64,000 bases of DNA from an uncultured Planctomycetaceae bacterium (GTDB taxonomy: Bacteria; Planctomycetota; Planctomycetia; Isosphaerales; Isosphaeraceae): positions 2,496,001-2,560,000 of the forward strand of contig CAWIAD010000001.1 of NCBI GenBank assembly GCA_963833985.1, read 5' to 3'. Made by a program: the position numbers and the translations under genes. Positions 53,305 through 64,000 of this stretch are shown here, in pieces. Under the pieces are notes generated by a model. It saw nothing but the letters and a program-made list of their open reading frames with translations, was not told the DNA's origin and did not search any database. Within the stretch, counting starts at the first letter, position 1; every line of letters starts with the position of its first letter.

Positions 53305-53511
53305 GTGATCAAGACGTTGAAGTTTCAAGCGTTGGCGCTGGTTGCAAGCATGGGTCTGTGTGCGGCTCTCAGCGGCTGCAATCCTGAAGAGCCGGCCAAG
53401 CCAGTGACACCCGCCCCGTCTCCGTCGGCCAGCAAGCCGGCCCCCGCACCCGGCAAGACCGAGGCCAAGCCCGCACCTGCTCCGGCCCCCAAGCCTGAAG
53501 AGAAGAAGTAA
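53305..53511 (+). CDS. Small Pro/Ala/Lys-rich lipoprotein
   Basis: AAGGAG RBS, lipobox LSG|C, KPAPAP repeats, downstream terminator. Confidence 0.8.
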   Translation: MIKTLKFQALALVASMGLCAALSGCNPEEPAKPVTPAPSPSASKPAPAPGKTEAKPAPAPAPKPEEKK

Positions 53512-53581
53512 TCCCAGGCCGACGTCCGCACTCGCCAATGGACCGTTTCGGCGTCGTTCATTCCGCGAATACCACTCTGGG

Positions 53582-53621
53582 AACAGGCCGCGTTTCTCGA
53601 AATGCGGCCTGTTTTCTTTTT
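53582..53621 (+). terminator. Intrinsic terminator
   Basis: AACAGGCCGCGTTTC / GAAATGCGGCCTGTT hairpin followed by TTCTTTTT. Confidence 0.85.
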
Positions 53622-53625
53622 CCCC

Positions 53626-54519
53626 TCACGACCGTAACCCATCTCCGCGACACTCACTTGCGACTGGGCCGCGGACCACCGCATTGGCCAGCGTGCCGAT
53701 GCCGTTGATCTCGATCCGCACCACGTCGCCCTCCTGCAAGCTGAAATCGTCATCCGGAACGATGCCGGTGCCGGTGAGCAGGACGGCTCCCTCCGGGAAG
53801 AGGTTGTCCCGGCCCAGCCAGCCGATCAACTCCTCGAAGGAACGCACCATCCGCGCGACCGAAGTCATGCCGCGAAATGCACTGATTCCGCCGCGTTGAA
53901 TCTCCAGGCGGATCTCGATATCCGCCACCCCCGGCATGAACGCGGACAGCGTGATGGCCGGGCCCAAGGCACAGCAACCGGCGTAAAGTTTGGCCTGGGG
54001 CAGGTAGAGCGGATTCTCGCCCTCGATATCGCGCGCGCTCACGTCGTTGCCAATGGTGTAGCCGACCAGCTTCAGGGCCGGCGAGATCACCAGTGCCAGC
54101 TCCGGCTCGGGTACGCACCAGTGGCTGTCGTTCCGGACCCGGATCGGCTGGTCCGGCCCCACGACCCGGCTGGGGGTTGCCTTGAAGAACAGCTCGGGCC
54201 GGGGTGCCCGATAGACCTGGTCATAGAATGTGCCGCCCTGTTCCGACTCTTCCTGGCGCGCCAGCTTGCTCCGCTCGTAGGTCACCCCCGCGCCCCAGAC
54301 CTCCTGGGCATCGATCGGTGCTTCCATGCGGATCGAAGCCACGTCGAACCGCTGCCGCGCCGCCTCCACGCCTTGCTGGACCTTGTGCAAAACGTCCTCT
54401 GCGTGCAAAATCGCCGACAGGGCCCCCGGCCCCGAGGCCAGGGGAACCACCGTGTCGCCGTCGATCAGCCCCGCCTGTGGGGCCGGGTCGGATCGGGTCG
54501 TGAACTTGATGAGGCGCAT
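53626..54519 (-). CDS. Fumarylacetoacetate hydrolase family, 2-keto-3-deoxy-pentonate dehydratase-like
   Basis: [46 protein letters not shown]. Confidence 0.88.
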   Translation of the reverse strand: MRLIKFTTRSDPAPQAGLIDGDTVVPLASGPGALSAILHAEDVLHKVQQGVEAARQRFDVASIRMEAPIDAQEVWGAGVTYERSKLARQEESEQGGTFYDQVYRAPRPELFFKATPSRVVGPDQPIRVRNDSHWCVPEPELALVISPALKLVGYTIGNDVSARDIEGENPLYLPQAKLYAGCCALGPAITLSAFMPGVADIEIRLEIQRGGISAFRGMTSVARMVRSFEELIGWLGRDNLFPEGAVLLTGTGIVPDDDFSLQEGDVVRIEINGIGTLANAVVRGPVASECRGDGLRS

Positions 54520-54672
54520 GCTTGGAGCTCCCGGGTTGGTGCCGCTGGACCGCGGCCCTGCCCCCAGGTCCGCATGCCGGCCGCGGTTCTCGAACATCTT
54601 ACCACCTCCGCCCCACAGTCGCTGGCATCTGGCGGAGCGACCATCCCTACCCGTTGCATCCCAGGAGCTTGC

Positions 54673-55932
54673 ATGCGTCCCCGGATCCTGATCGTGGGCC
54701 ACGGCGCGGCGACCTGTCTGGGTCCTGACATGAACACCACCTGGCAGGGCCTGCTCGCCGGCCGATCGGGAATTGGCCGGCACGCCGCCCTTTCGTCCGA
54801 AGGGTGCCTCCAGGACATCGCGGGCATGGTCCCGGGGCTGCCGCCGGACGCGGGGACCGGCGACCGCACGTTGCAGAAGCTCTCCGCGCGCTTTCTGCCG
54901 CTGGCCATGAAGGCGGCCTGCGAGTCCTGGAGTGACGCCGGGCTCGACCGCCCTGGTGGAGCCGTCGATCCCGAACGCGTGGCCGTGGTCGTGGGCTCGG
55001 CGTTTGGCGGCGTTGACTTCCTGGAGGCTCAGCAGGCACGGATGCGCAGGCGGCAGGATGGTGCGGTCAGCCCCTTTCTGGTACCCGGGCTGCTGATCAA
55101 CCAGGCAGCCGGACAGATCGCCCAGCACTTGCGGCTGCTCGGGCCGGGGATCGCCCCCTCCAACGCCTGCGCAACCGGGGGGCACGCCATCATCCTGGGT
55201 GCCATGCTCCTCCGCTCCGGCGAGGCGGATCTGGCTCTCTGCGGCGCCAGCGAAAGCGCGTTCACGCCCGCCATCGTGAACGGCTTCGCGGGCATGAAGG
55301 CACTGCTTCAAAACAGGACGGGCGACCGCTGCGAGGCAGACCCCGGCCAGGCGAGCCGGCCGTTCAGCAGCGATCGAGCGGGGTTTGTCATGTCCGAAGG
55401 CGCGGGGATGCTGGTGCTGGCCACCGAGAGCGCGGTCCAGCGGCTTGGCCTGAAGCCGCAGGCCGAACTTCTGGGTCACGCCATGAATGCCGACGGTTAT
55501 CACATGGCGATGCCGAGCGAGCCGCGCATCACCGTGTGTGTTGCCGCGGCGCTTCGCAGCGCGGGTCTGGCGCCGGAGGCGGTCGATTATTACAACGCGC
55601 ACGGCACCAGCACGGTCATGAACGACCAGGTGGAGACGCGCGTCGTCAAGGCAGTCTTCGGCAATCACGCAAGACGGCTACCCGTCAGCTCCATCAAGGG
55701 AGCGCTCGGGCACGGCCTAGGCGCCGCCGCGGCCATCGAGGCTGCTGTGTGCGTGCGTGCACTTCAAGGGCAGGTGATTCCTCCGACCATCAACTTCAGG
55801 CGCGATCCGGAGCTCGACCTCGACTATGTTCCGGATGGACCGCGTCCGGGTCGTCTGACACGGATCATGAGCGCATCGTTTGGTTTTGGAGGGACCAACA
55901 ATGTTTTGATCTTCGGTGCGAGCCAACCGTGA
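54673..55932 (+). CDS. fabF: Beta-ketoacyl-ACP synthase II-like
   Basis: NACATG (Cys), [31 protein letters not shown]. Confidence 0.9.
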   Translation: MRPRILIVGHGAATCLGPDMNTTWQGLLAGRSGIGRHAALSSEGCLQDIAGMVPGLPPDAGTGDRTLQKLSARFLPLAMKAACESWSDAGLDRPGGAVDPERVAVVVGSAFGGVDFLEAQQARMRRRQDGAVSPFLVPGLLINQAAGQIAQHLRLLGPGIAPSNACATGGHAIILGAMLLRSGEADLALCGASESAFTPAIVNGFAGMKALLQNRTGDRCEADPGQASRPFSSDRAGFVMSEGAGMLVLATESAVQRLGLKPQAELLGHAMNADGYHMAMPSEPRITVCVAAALRSAGLAPEAVDYYNAHGTSTVMNDQVETRVVKAVFGNHARRLPVSSIKGALGHGLGAAAAIEAAVCVRALQGQVIPPTINFRRDPELDLDYVPDGPRPGRLTRIMSASFGFGGTNNVLIFGASQP

Positions 55933-56087
55933 TTCCAGAACAGATCAACGCATCGAAAAGAATCATCACGGCTCGGCCATTGTTTGCCGCCGGCTGTTGG
56001 ATCGCTTATACTGGAACGGCTGGCAGCGGGGTCGCCACCGGATTTATGAAAGCATGAATAGACTCACAGTCGAGAGAGGTCCTGCTG

Positions 56088-56651
56088 ATGGGAGTCAGTT
56101 CCGGCCGGGCCCGGGTGGCCGACCTTGCCTTTCAGGTCTTTGATCGCGCCGTCCATCCCGACTGGTTCGCGACGCGGGTCTACCGGCGCATTCCCCAATC
56201 GCGCTGGGAGGCTGGTGTGCGGATCATTGAAGGGGGCCACGCCGTGATCTTCGGCACGGGCAAGATCCGGCTCACCGAGGTTCTCTCCGGCCCCGAGACC
56301 CCACTTCCGGAGCCGGGCTTGCTGTTCCATTCAGCCATCCGGACCGAGCGTTCCGCCAGCCTTTTTCCGGGCGGTCTCGTCGAGTACCAGGCGTGCTTCG
56401 AAGTGGAGCGCGTTGAGGGCGAAGTGTTCCGGCACCTTTGCGAGGAGCTGGTCGCGGACGATTCGCGGCAGATCCTCGCTCATCGTTTCGGCTCGTCGAA
56501 CCGGCTGGCTCCCGCACCGCTTTCGCAGGTGTACATCGAGGCACGGGTTCGCGGCCTGTCGATCCAGTCGTTTCATACCTTTCCCGATGAGTGCGCCATC
56601 GTGCGCTCGCAATCGCTTTACGAGCTGGTGTGCGTGCCCCCGAAGCACTGA
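56088..56651 (+). CDS. DUF2617 family protein
   Basis: VHPDWF, IIEGGH and HTFPDE..IVRSQS pattern, recognised by eye. Confidence 0.7.
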   Translation: MGVSSGRARVADLAFQVFDRAVHPDWFATRVYRRIPQSRWEAGVRIIEGGHAVIFGTGKIRLTEVLSGPETPLPEPGLLFHSAIRTERSASLFPGGLVEYQACFEVERVEGEVFRHLCEELVADDSRQILAHRFGSSNRLAPAPLSQVYIEARVRGLSIQSFHTFPDECAIVRSQSLYELVCVPPKH

Positions 56652-57005
56652 GCCGCTCATCGCCCCCGCGGCCCAGCGAGTATTGCGACGGGATTGACAA
56701 TTGCAGGAACTGATCGAGGCCGGCCAGGCCGGCCCAGATTATTGCTGAGCCCGGTCGCTCTGGCGCGCACGGGGGCTCGCTGTTGCATCAACAATCAAAG
56801 CAGGTTAAGATCCGGCTCGCATCGTGGGTCGAGAGGCCATCCTCCTTTCCCACTCGATGAGCGCGGCTCTTTCTCTTGTCGGCCAGTGACATCGGACAGA
56901 AGCAGCGCGGCTGCGTGCGAGCCGTGCAGTGGCGCCCGGCGAGCGCAACCTCTCTCGACCGCGAGCGAAGGTGGGATGACAGCGAATCATCCCCGGAGGC
57001 GACCG

Positions 57006-57290
57006 ATGGAACGGATGGAACACATCCGCGGCAAGATTCTCGATGGCGAGCAGACGGTCCTCGATCCCGTCGACGGTTACCTCGCCTGCCATGAGCACAA
57101 GGGCCGCAAGACGTACTATGGCTACTTCGAGATGGCGTCCGAGGCGCTCAAGGTCCTCAGCCACAGCACATGCTATCGCATGGTCCTGAGCGACGGTCGG
57201 AAGGCCGACATCTACACGGAGATCGTACCCAGCAACATTGCGGGCAAGTCGATCGCCGAATTCCACATCAGTGGGTTTCTCAGGAAATGA
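57006..57290 (+). CDS. Small beta-rich hypothetical protein (94 aa)
   Basis: GGAGG RBS and strong GC3 bias. Confidence 0.7.
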   Translation: MERMEHIRGKILDGEQTVLDPVDGYLACHEHKGRKTYYGYFEMASEALKVLSHSTCYRMVLSDGRKADIYTEIVPSNIAGKSIAEFHISGFLRK

Positions 57291-58066
57291 GCGGCAAGAC
57301 GGATTGCGCAGAAAACTTCCCGGACACGAATCCGCTGCAATCAGGCGTTGCTTGCGGCCATCGCACCGAGGTGGTTTGCCAGAGCGCGGTCCGCGGAGCT
57401 TCGTGCCCTCTTGCACCGGGGCGCGGCCTGGTCATCCATCAGGGCCGCGCGCCGCTTCGCCTTCATGCCTGAACTCTATGCTTAAATTCGAACATTTTTA
57501 AGAAGGCACCGTCTTGCCGATCGCGGGACAAACTCTAGACAATGCGATTTCGTCAGTCGCGCAGGTTGATGCGATTGCTCATCGGCGGCGAGCCAGGGCG
57601 GAGATTTCCGTATCCTGCGACTGCGAGAGTCCAGGACGGAAACCGATACTTTGTTTACGATACCGGGAGAGCGGGGTTGCGAGCGAAGCAAGCGAGACGC
57701 CAGGCTCGGCTGGAACGCCGAGGAGACGGCCTTGCTCGATGCACCCGGCTGCGGGGAATGGCTACTGTTCACACGAACGTCAAAGCGGTCTCATGGAAAG
57801 CTCACGGGCCGTCGGACCGGCCCCTTTTCAACGAAAAAGCGGAGCCTCGGGAAATTTTTTTATTGAGGCGTCCAACAGGTCCTAAGTGATGAAGATACCA
57901 CGCTCCGGTGATGCCATAGCGACGTCGCAAGCAGGTCGCACGGAAGGCGTCTCGGAGAGAATTCGGTTGGCTATGTTCGTCCAGGCGGGTATTCTGCGTT
58001 CGTCCGGACGAGGGGTGCTGCCGGAATATCCGGTCAGCGATTCGGCATCCGAGGAGCATTGCCACG

Positions 58067-59251
58067 ATGCCTCATCTGTCCCGAATCGACCGTGTCCGAG
58101 GTTGTCTGCTGGGTCTGGCCATCGGCGATGCGCTCGGCGCGCCGCTGGAGGGGCTGACCATGCAGCAAATCAAGACGCACTACGGTCGCGTGAAGAATTA
58201 CGTCGACGGCGTTCAGGCCTGGAAACGCAAGCCTTACCGCTGGCGGCTCCGCGGACTCTATTCCGACGATACCCAGCAAGCCCTTGCCATTTGTGACGTC
58301 CTGCTCGAGCTGGGACGGATTGACCAGGAGCGCCTGGCGGACCATTACCTGGCGCTGGCCACCCCCAAGGGCGCTTTCCTGGGCGCTTATCGCGGCATCG
58401 GCCGCACTCTGCGCCAGGTGATCATCGACCTTCAGCACGGGGTGCCCCCGCGGCGCTGCGGGCAGAAGAGCGCTGGCATCGGCGCGGCGATGCGCATTGC
58501 CCCGGTCGCTCTCCATTTTGGCGAGAATCAGCCCGAGATGGTCGGATCGGTGCTGGCTGCCAGCATCATGACCCATCGCGACATCCGCAGTCTGAGCGGC
58601 GCCCTCACGGTGGCTCACGCCATTCGGCGGCTCGCCGCCGGCGCAGCGCGTGAGCCCAGCATGCTGCTCTGGATCGCCGCCGACGTGGCACGCGACGAAT
58701 CCCGCATTCCGCGGGAATGCGGCGACCTGGTGATCGGATATGACCGCCACGCCAGGGCGCTCTCACGCGCCATCGCGCACGTCGAGTCGATTCTCGACCT
58801 GCCCCGAGACCGTGCCCTCGCTGCCCTGGTCGACGAGGCCAACCGCCATGGGGCGGAGCCGATCTGTCGCCGCCCGACCATGGGCTTCCCGCCGGCCTGC
58901 ATTCCCACCTGCCTCTACCTGCTGCTCACCACCGATAGCTTTGAGGAAGCGCTCACCGAGGTCATCAACCTGGGTGGAGACACGGACACCGCCGGAGCGA
59001 TTCTGGGTGCCATGGCCGGGGCCCATTACGGGCTCGCACAGATTCCCAGGCGCTGGCTCGACGGGCTCCAGAATCGAGCCGGCATCGATGCCCGGGCCAC
59101 CGCCCTCGCGCAAGGCTCTCCGCATGGTATCGAGATCCCGGAACTGGTCGCGACCGAGCATGAGCTCAGCCGCAAGGAAGAGCTTTATCTGGAGCAGCAT
59201 GCGTCGTGCTCCCGCAACGGCGGCGACCGGGGCGCCAACCAGGTGATCTGA
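58067..59251 (+). CDS. ADP-ribosylglycohydrolase (DraG/ARH family)
   Basis: GDALG, SDDT, GAAMR, TH, GGDTDT; GAGGAG RBS. Confidence 0.93.
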   Translation: MPHLSRIDRVRGCLLGLAIGDALGAPLEGLTMQQIKTHYGRVKNYVDGVQAWKRKPYRWRLRGLYSDDTQQALAICDVLLELGRIDQERLADHYLALATPKGAFLGAYRGIGRTLRQVIIDLQHGVPPRRCGQKSAGIGAAMRIAPVALHFGENQPEMVGSVLAASIMTHRDIRSLSGALTVAHAIRRLAAGAAREPSMLLWIAADVARDESRIPRECGDLVIGYDRHARALSRAIAHVESILDLPRDRALAALVDEANRHGAEPICRRPTMGFPPACIPTCLYLLLTTDSFEEALTEVINLGGDTDTAGAILGAMAGAHYGLAQIPRRWLDGLQNRAGIDARATALAQGSPHGIEIPELVATEHELSRKEELYLEQHASCSRNGGDRGANQVI

Positions 59252-59542
59252 GCCGCGCCGGCTGCCCGTGCAAACGAACGGGCGGTCGAAGGGATCGCTC
59301 AAGGCGCCCGCAAGCGGCCGTCGAGCGCATTCCCTCACCGCTGGCTGTGGCCCTGGCACATCGTGCTCTTTCGCTCGCCGGCGATTTGGAGTACGCTCAC
59401 TGGAGTGCGAAGACCCGGTGGTCCGGGACACGCACCTGTTCGGTCAGGTCGATTGCCGACCGACCCGCTTCGGACTCTTCCCACCTGGTTGGCAGCCTGA
59501 CGTCAGCCCGCTTGATCTCGGCCCCGGGGAGGCCGCCCAGCG

Positions 59543-60067
59543 ATGAGCCGGAGCCATGGCGATCTGGTCCGCAAAAAGTTGCACGAAGCCGAAGGCTATC
59601 TCGACCTCGACCTCCCGCAGCATTGCCTGCGTATCCTCGGCAGCCGGACCGACTGGCCTGGCCTGCAATTCGAGGCCTGCCTGATCAAGGGTGAAGCCTT
59701 GCGCCGGCTGAACCGGTACCGCGAAGCGATCGTCCCGCTCGAAACAGCGGCCAGTCTGCGCCCCAGCGACACAGGTGTCGCCCTGGCCCTGGGCTGGTGC
59801 TACAAGCGCACCAATCGTCTGGCACAAGCCATTGACTCGCTGGAAGCAGCACGCCGCACCCACCCAGACAATGCACTTCTGCATTATAACCTGGCGTGCT
59901 ACTGGAGCCTTGCCAGCAACTTCCCGCGCGCCCTCGATGAGCTACACGCCGCGCTGGAGCTTGATCCCGGACTGCGCACGCGCCTCGCGGACGAGCCGGA
60001 TTTTCAGCCGCTCCGCGGCAACCCCGATTTCGAGCGGTTGGTGATGGGCTCAACCCCTCACACGTGA
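59543..60067 (+). CDS. TPR-repeat protein
   Basis: TPR patterns and C-terminal YNLACYWSL...DEPDF..LR..PDF. Confidence 0.85.
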   Translation: MSRSHGDLVRKKLHEAEGYLDLDLPQHCLRILGSRTDWPGLQFEACLIKGEALRRLNRYREAIVPLETAASLRPSDTGVALALGWCYKRTNRLAQAIDSLEAARRTHPDNALLHYNLACYWSLASNFPRALDELHAALELDPGLRTRLADEPDFQPLRGNPDFERLVMGSTPHT

Positions 60068-60165
60068 GCCAGCCGAGGCTCTGGACGGCGCGATGGTGGG
60101 GTTCGGCAGCGCAGCGGATCAGGGCCGCGTCCGCCCGGTACAGGAAGGAGGAGACGTAAGCCGCT

Positions 60166-60489
60166 TCAGCACTCGTCGAGTACGCGCTGGGTGATGGCCT
60201 TCTCGCACAGCTTGCACCATTTCCAGCGCTTGGAGCCGACGACCTCGTCGAGGTGTTTGTGAGCCACCCGGACGCTCCGGAACCAGATCTTGGTCTCGTG
60301 CTCGCCAATCTTGTCCAGCTTCGGACAACGGGCAAAATGCAGCAGGTTGGTCGTCGTAGAAGGTTGCCCCTTGCTCTTGGCGACGTTCACGCTACCGTGA
60401 AAGATGAATCCGATGGCTTCCAGACGCGTTTCCCAGAAATCTTCAGCGGACTCGAGGGAACGAATCGCAGTCTGTTCCTGGATCGGCAT
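60166..60489 (-). CDS. Small hypothetical protein with putative Zn site
   Basis: LLHFARC ... WCKLC (H-x3-C + CxxC). Confidence 0.65.
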   Translation of the reverse strand: MPIQEQTAIRSLESAEDFWETRLEAIGFIFHGSVNVAKSKGQPSTTTNLLHFARCPKLDKIGEHETKIWFRSVRVAHKHLDEVVGSKRWKWCKLCEKAITQRVLDEC

Positions 60490-60623
60490 TTAAGTGTTCC
60501 CATCACCACAGGATCGCAGCAAATTCTGATCGATCTACCTTAACCGAAACGGGACGGAGACGCAAGACAGGGTAACGGCGCACCCCCGTCTCGCAGTCGA
60601 TCCAGCACGAAGGTCGTGATCTC

Positions 60624-62266
60624 TTGATACGAGAAACCGTTGGCCATCTTCGAGATCTGCCCCGCTACCGGCAAATCCTCTCGACGCTGGTGCGCTACGG
60701 CTATCACGACGTGGTCGCGGCGCTCCATCTGGAGAGCATTGTGCGCCGCTCGAGCGGGTGGCAATGGGGGCCGACGCCATCCCCCAGGATCGGCCTCGCC
60801 GGCTGCGGCTGGTCTGCGAGGACCTGGGACCAACGTTCGTGAAGCTGGGCCAGGTGCTCAGCACCCGTCCGGACATCATTCCCGAGTCTTACACCGTCGA
60901 ACTGGCAGCACTGCGGGACGATGTCCGCCCCTTCCCGTTCAGCCAGGTAGAGAAGATCCTGGCCGAAGATTACCATGCGCCGCCGGATGAGGTGTTCCGG
61001 ACCATCGAGAAGGAGCCCGTGGCCTCCGCCTCGATCTCCCAGGTTCACCGCGCCATCCTGCTCGACGGCCGTACGGTGGCCTTGAAGATCCGCCGGCCGG
61101 ACATTCTCCGGGTGGTGCAGGCGGATCTTGACATCCTCAAGAACCTTGCCCAGCTTGCCGAACGCCACCTGCCCGCGCTGGCACCCTACAAGCCGCTGGC
61201 AATGGCACGCGAATTTGAACGCAGCCTGAAACGCGAGCTCGATTTCACGGTCGAGCGGCGCACCATGCAGCGATGCTCAAACCAGTTCGCCGACGACCCT
61301 TCCGCGCATATCCCGTTCACGATCGACGCCTTCTCCACCCATCGCGTGATCGCCATGGAGTTCATCGGGGGCGTCGGTGTGGGCGACCTGGACGGCATCC
61401 GCGCGCTGGGCGCCGAGCCTGCCCAGGTGGCCGTGACCGGGGCGCGGATCCTCCTGCGGCAGATCTTCGAGTTCGGCTTCTTCCACGCCGATCCTCACCC
61501 CGGCAACCTGCGCGTGCTCGAGGGCGGGGTCGTGGCGCCGCTCGATTACGGCATGTTCGGCCAGCTCGACGTGCGTACCCGAGAGCGAATCGCCGACCTC
61601 CTGGCCGGGCTGATCACTCAGGACCCCGATCGCGTCCTGGCCGCTCTGGACGCGCTCGACGTCCGCGGCGAGCAAGTGGACCCCAGGGCCCTGCGCCGCG
61701 ACGTCAGCGAACTGGTGCACACCTACTCCGAGCTGACTCTCGACCACATCAATCTCAGCTTGCTGCTGCGCGAGCTGATCGCGTTCATCCGCACGCACCA
61801 GTTGCACATTCCACCGGACCTCGTGCTCCTGATCCGCTCACTGGTGACCATCGAGAGCGTCGGCCGCCAGCTCGACCCGCACTTCGACATTGCGCGACAG
61901 CTCGAGCCCTTCCTCCGCGAGCTCTCGCTGCGCCGCTTTCATCCCTACCGCCTGCTCCGGGAAACAACGCAGACGGTGGAGAACCTTCAGCGCATCGGTA
62001 CGCTCCTGCCGGACCTGCTCAGCCAGTCGCTCGACTCGATCAAGCGCGGGGAGCTCAACGTCCGGTTCGACCTGCAAGGCTTCGAACGCCTGGTGCGGCA
62101 GCTCACTAGGGCGAGCAACACGCTCGCCATCGGCATCGTCATCGCCGGCCTGCTCGTGGCATCGTCTCTGGTACTGCGGGGAGGGGCGGCCTCGCTGGCG
62201 TACTCTGGGTTTGCCTGCGGCATGATTCTGAGCATCTGGCTGATCTGGAACATGTCGCGCGGTTGA
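60624..62266 (+). CDS. ubiB: AarF/UbiB (ABC1) family kinase, frameshift near 60747
   Basis: LGPTFVKLGQ, ASASISQVH, VALKI, FFHADPHPGN, LDYG. Confidence 0.92.
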
Positions 62267-62283
62267 GCCGGCCTGCGGGGCGG

Positions 62284-63453
62284 TCATGTCCGGATGCGGT
62301 CCCACCGCCAGGCGGCGATCATCGCGAAGACGAAAAGCGGCAGCCAGGCAGCGAGCGACGCGCTCAGCAGGGCGTTGTCTCCCACGTATTCGCAGATCAG
62401 CAGCCCCACGTAGAACATCGCGGAATTCCCCAGGGCGAAACCCAGGTTGATGAACATGTTGCGGCCGTAACCGCCGAGCACCAGCGGCAGGCTCATGAAC
62501 AGCAGGTTGAGCGCCAGGAACGGCCGCATGACCCGGAAGTGGATCTTCACGGCGATTTCGGACCGGTCAGAGGCCTCGCTGCCCGGGTCGGAGAGGCCGT
62601 CAATCAGCTCGGCCATCGAAGCGTACTTGTGCCAGCCCATCTTCCGCGTCATCACCTTGAAGGTCAGCGAGGTGCGCAGGAAGTACGTTTCACCCCCCTG
62701 GATTGGCTGGCTGCCAAACTGCCGCGGGAAACCGGTCAGGTCCTTGACCAGGGTGATGATGGATGCGCCGGGCTCGAGCTGATCGGGTTCCACGGGGGGT
62801 TCAAGCGAGGCGCCCCGCACCAGCCAGCCCCCCTTCAGCGGCGCCGTGGGGTGATCGTCGGGAATGTACGTGGCCTGCTTGGCTTCCAGCTTGCGAAGGC
62901 CGCCGAATACCGATTCAGGAATCGTGGCGTTGAACCGGTTGATGATTGTCCGCGTGGCGCGGTCTGCCTCGCTGCCATCGATCAGAATGCGCCGCGAGTC
63001 GTAGTGGCTGGGAACGAGCACCTTGCTATTGCCGTCGTCCGCGTGATCTTTCTGGATCTCCTCGGCGAGGTGCGGGATGACGATTTCCTGGTTGGCCACC
63101 GAGAGACAGCTGACGATCAGCGACGCGAAGAGCACCGGCCGGATCGCCCGGTGAGTGCTGATGCCGGCAGCCAGCATCGCCAGGTGCTCGTTGTTGCGCT
63201 GCATCCAGGTCACCGTGAAGATGGCGGCCATCATGCCGATCACGCTGCCCAGCTGATCAAAATAGAGCGACTGATGCACCAGGTAGTAGCGGCCCATCAC
63301 CTTGATCAGCTCGAAGAAGCCCTCGGCCCGTTTCATGAATTCATCGAGATTGCTGAACGCGTCGATCACGATGTAGAGTCCGACCAGCGAGACGTAGCAG
63401 GTGAAGTACGCCTTGAAGAAGGCCCACAACCGCTGGCGATCCAGAATTCGCAT
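62284..63453 (-). CDS. lptG: LptF/LptG family permease
   Basis: MRILDR start, RNNEHLAMLAAGIS, AAWLP; follows a paralogue. Confidence 0.82.
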   Translation of the reverse strand: MRILDRQRLWAFFKAYFTCYVSLVGLYIVIDAFSNLDEFMKRAEGFFELIKVMGRYYLVHQSLYFDQLGSVIGMMAAIFTVTWMQRNNEHLAMLAAGISTHRAIRPVLFASLIVSCLSVANQEIVIPHLAEEIQKDHADDGNSKVLVPSHYDSRRILIDGSEADRATRTIINRFNATIPESVFGGLRKLEAKQATYIPDDHPTAPLKGGWLVRGASLEPPVEPDQLEPGASIITLVKDLTGFPRQFGSQPIQGGETYFLRTSLTFKVMTRKMGWHKYASMAELIDGLSDPGSEASDRSEIAVKIHFRVMRPFLALNLLFMSLPLVLGGYGRNMFINLGFALGNSAMFYVGLLICEYVGDNALLSASLAAWLPLFVFAMIAAWRWDRIRT

Positions 63454-63518
63454 GGTCGTGACTCCCACCCTCGATGGGGTGCGCGGCACGCGCCGCGCAC
63501 AGTCCAGCGGAACACGCG

Positions 63519-64000
63519 TCAGTGCTTGATGATCTTGGGGTAAACCCAGACCGAGAGGACGATCAGGACCAGGTTGCCAATCCAGAGGGCTTTCATCGGG
63601 TCCATCGTTCCTTCCTTGCCCAGGTTCATTCCAAAGAGCATGAGCGGATAGTAGACCGTGATGATCGGCACGAAGCAGGACATGAAGGCGCTCAGGAAGT
63701 CGCGCTTCGCGAAGAGGATACCGACCGGGGCGCCGAGGATGACGAACAGCAGGCTGCCAAAGGCCATCGAGGAGCGGAGCTGCTTCTCCGTCTCGAACTG
63801 GTTGACTCGCGACTGCCAGTACATGTGTTCCATGAACGCGCGCTGAACCTGGTCCCACTTGACGTCGTCGAGCCGGCCGGTGGCGAACTGGAACCCCACG
63901 ATCATGGCCTGCCGCTTGCGGTCCGTGGCCATTTTCTGGCGCACCTTGGCCAGCTCGCGTTCGATCTCGTCGTTGGGGTGTTCCTGGATCGAGGGCTCCA
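63519..64000 (-). CDS. lptF: LptF/LptG family permease, C-terminal part
   Basis: FVILGAPVGI, FVPIITVYYPL, WIGN; truncated by the window edge. Confidence 0.78.
   Translation of the reverse strand, partial: EPSIQEHPNDEIERELAKVRQKMATDRKRQAMIVGFQFATGRLDDVKWDQVQRAFMEHMYWQSRVNQFETEKQLRSSMAFGSLLFVILGAPVGILFAKRDFLSAFMSCFVPIITVYYPLMLFGMNLGKEGTMDPMKALWIGNLVLIVLSVWVYPKIIKH

Noticed and set aside
53626..55932. Apparent 680/678 aa overlapping ORFs (FAH and FabF with long N-termini)
   Set aside because: The extensions are antisense read-through of each other. The real starts are 54519 (-) and 54673 (+), divergent.

Overview
GC-rich bacterial DNA, most likely a planctomycete (Isosphaerales-like). This is inferred from gene content, two proteins with the planctomycete LE-x-R-x-LL signal motif, and DUF1579/DUF2617-type genes. 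The window is mostly housekeeping and envelope genes: a Tad/Flp pilus operon, a surface-modification cluster, hemE/hemG, trxA-trpF-rnc, rny-ymdB, ACP/PlsC/FabF lipid genes, UbiB and LptF/G. I found no rRNA, tRNA, CRISPR array, transposase or prophage. At least 12 genes are broken by 1-2 nt indels, probably long-read assembly errors rather than true pseudogenes. The main candidates for undescribed biology are: (1) a MotA/ExbB-like channel with a long helical tail, paired with an unusual partner (TM + Ig-like domain + 2 TM), downstream of an FG-GAP repeat protein and a Ca2+/H+ antiporter; (2) a HdeD/DUF308-LRAT fusion whose start overlaps the stop of a serine hydrolase; (3) an ACP-acyltransferase-atypical kinase operon; (4) a 6S-like rod-shaped RNA upstream of rny. 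All family calls come from motif recognition by eye, with no database searches.
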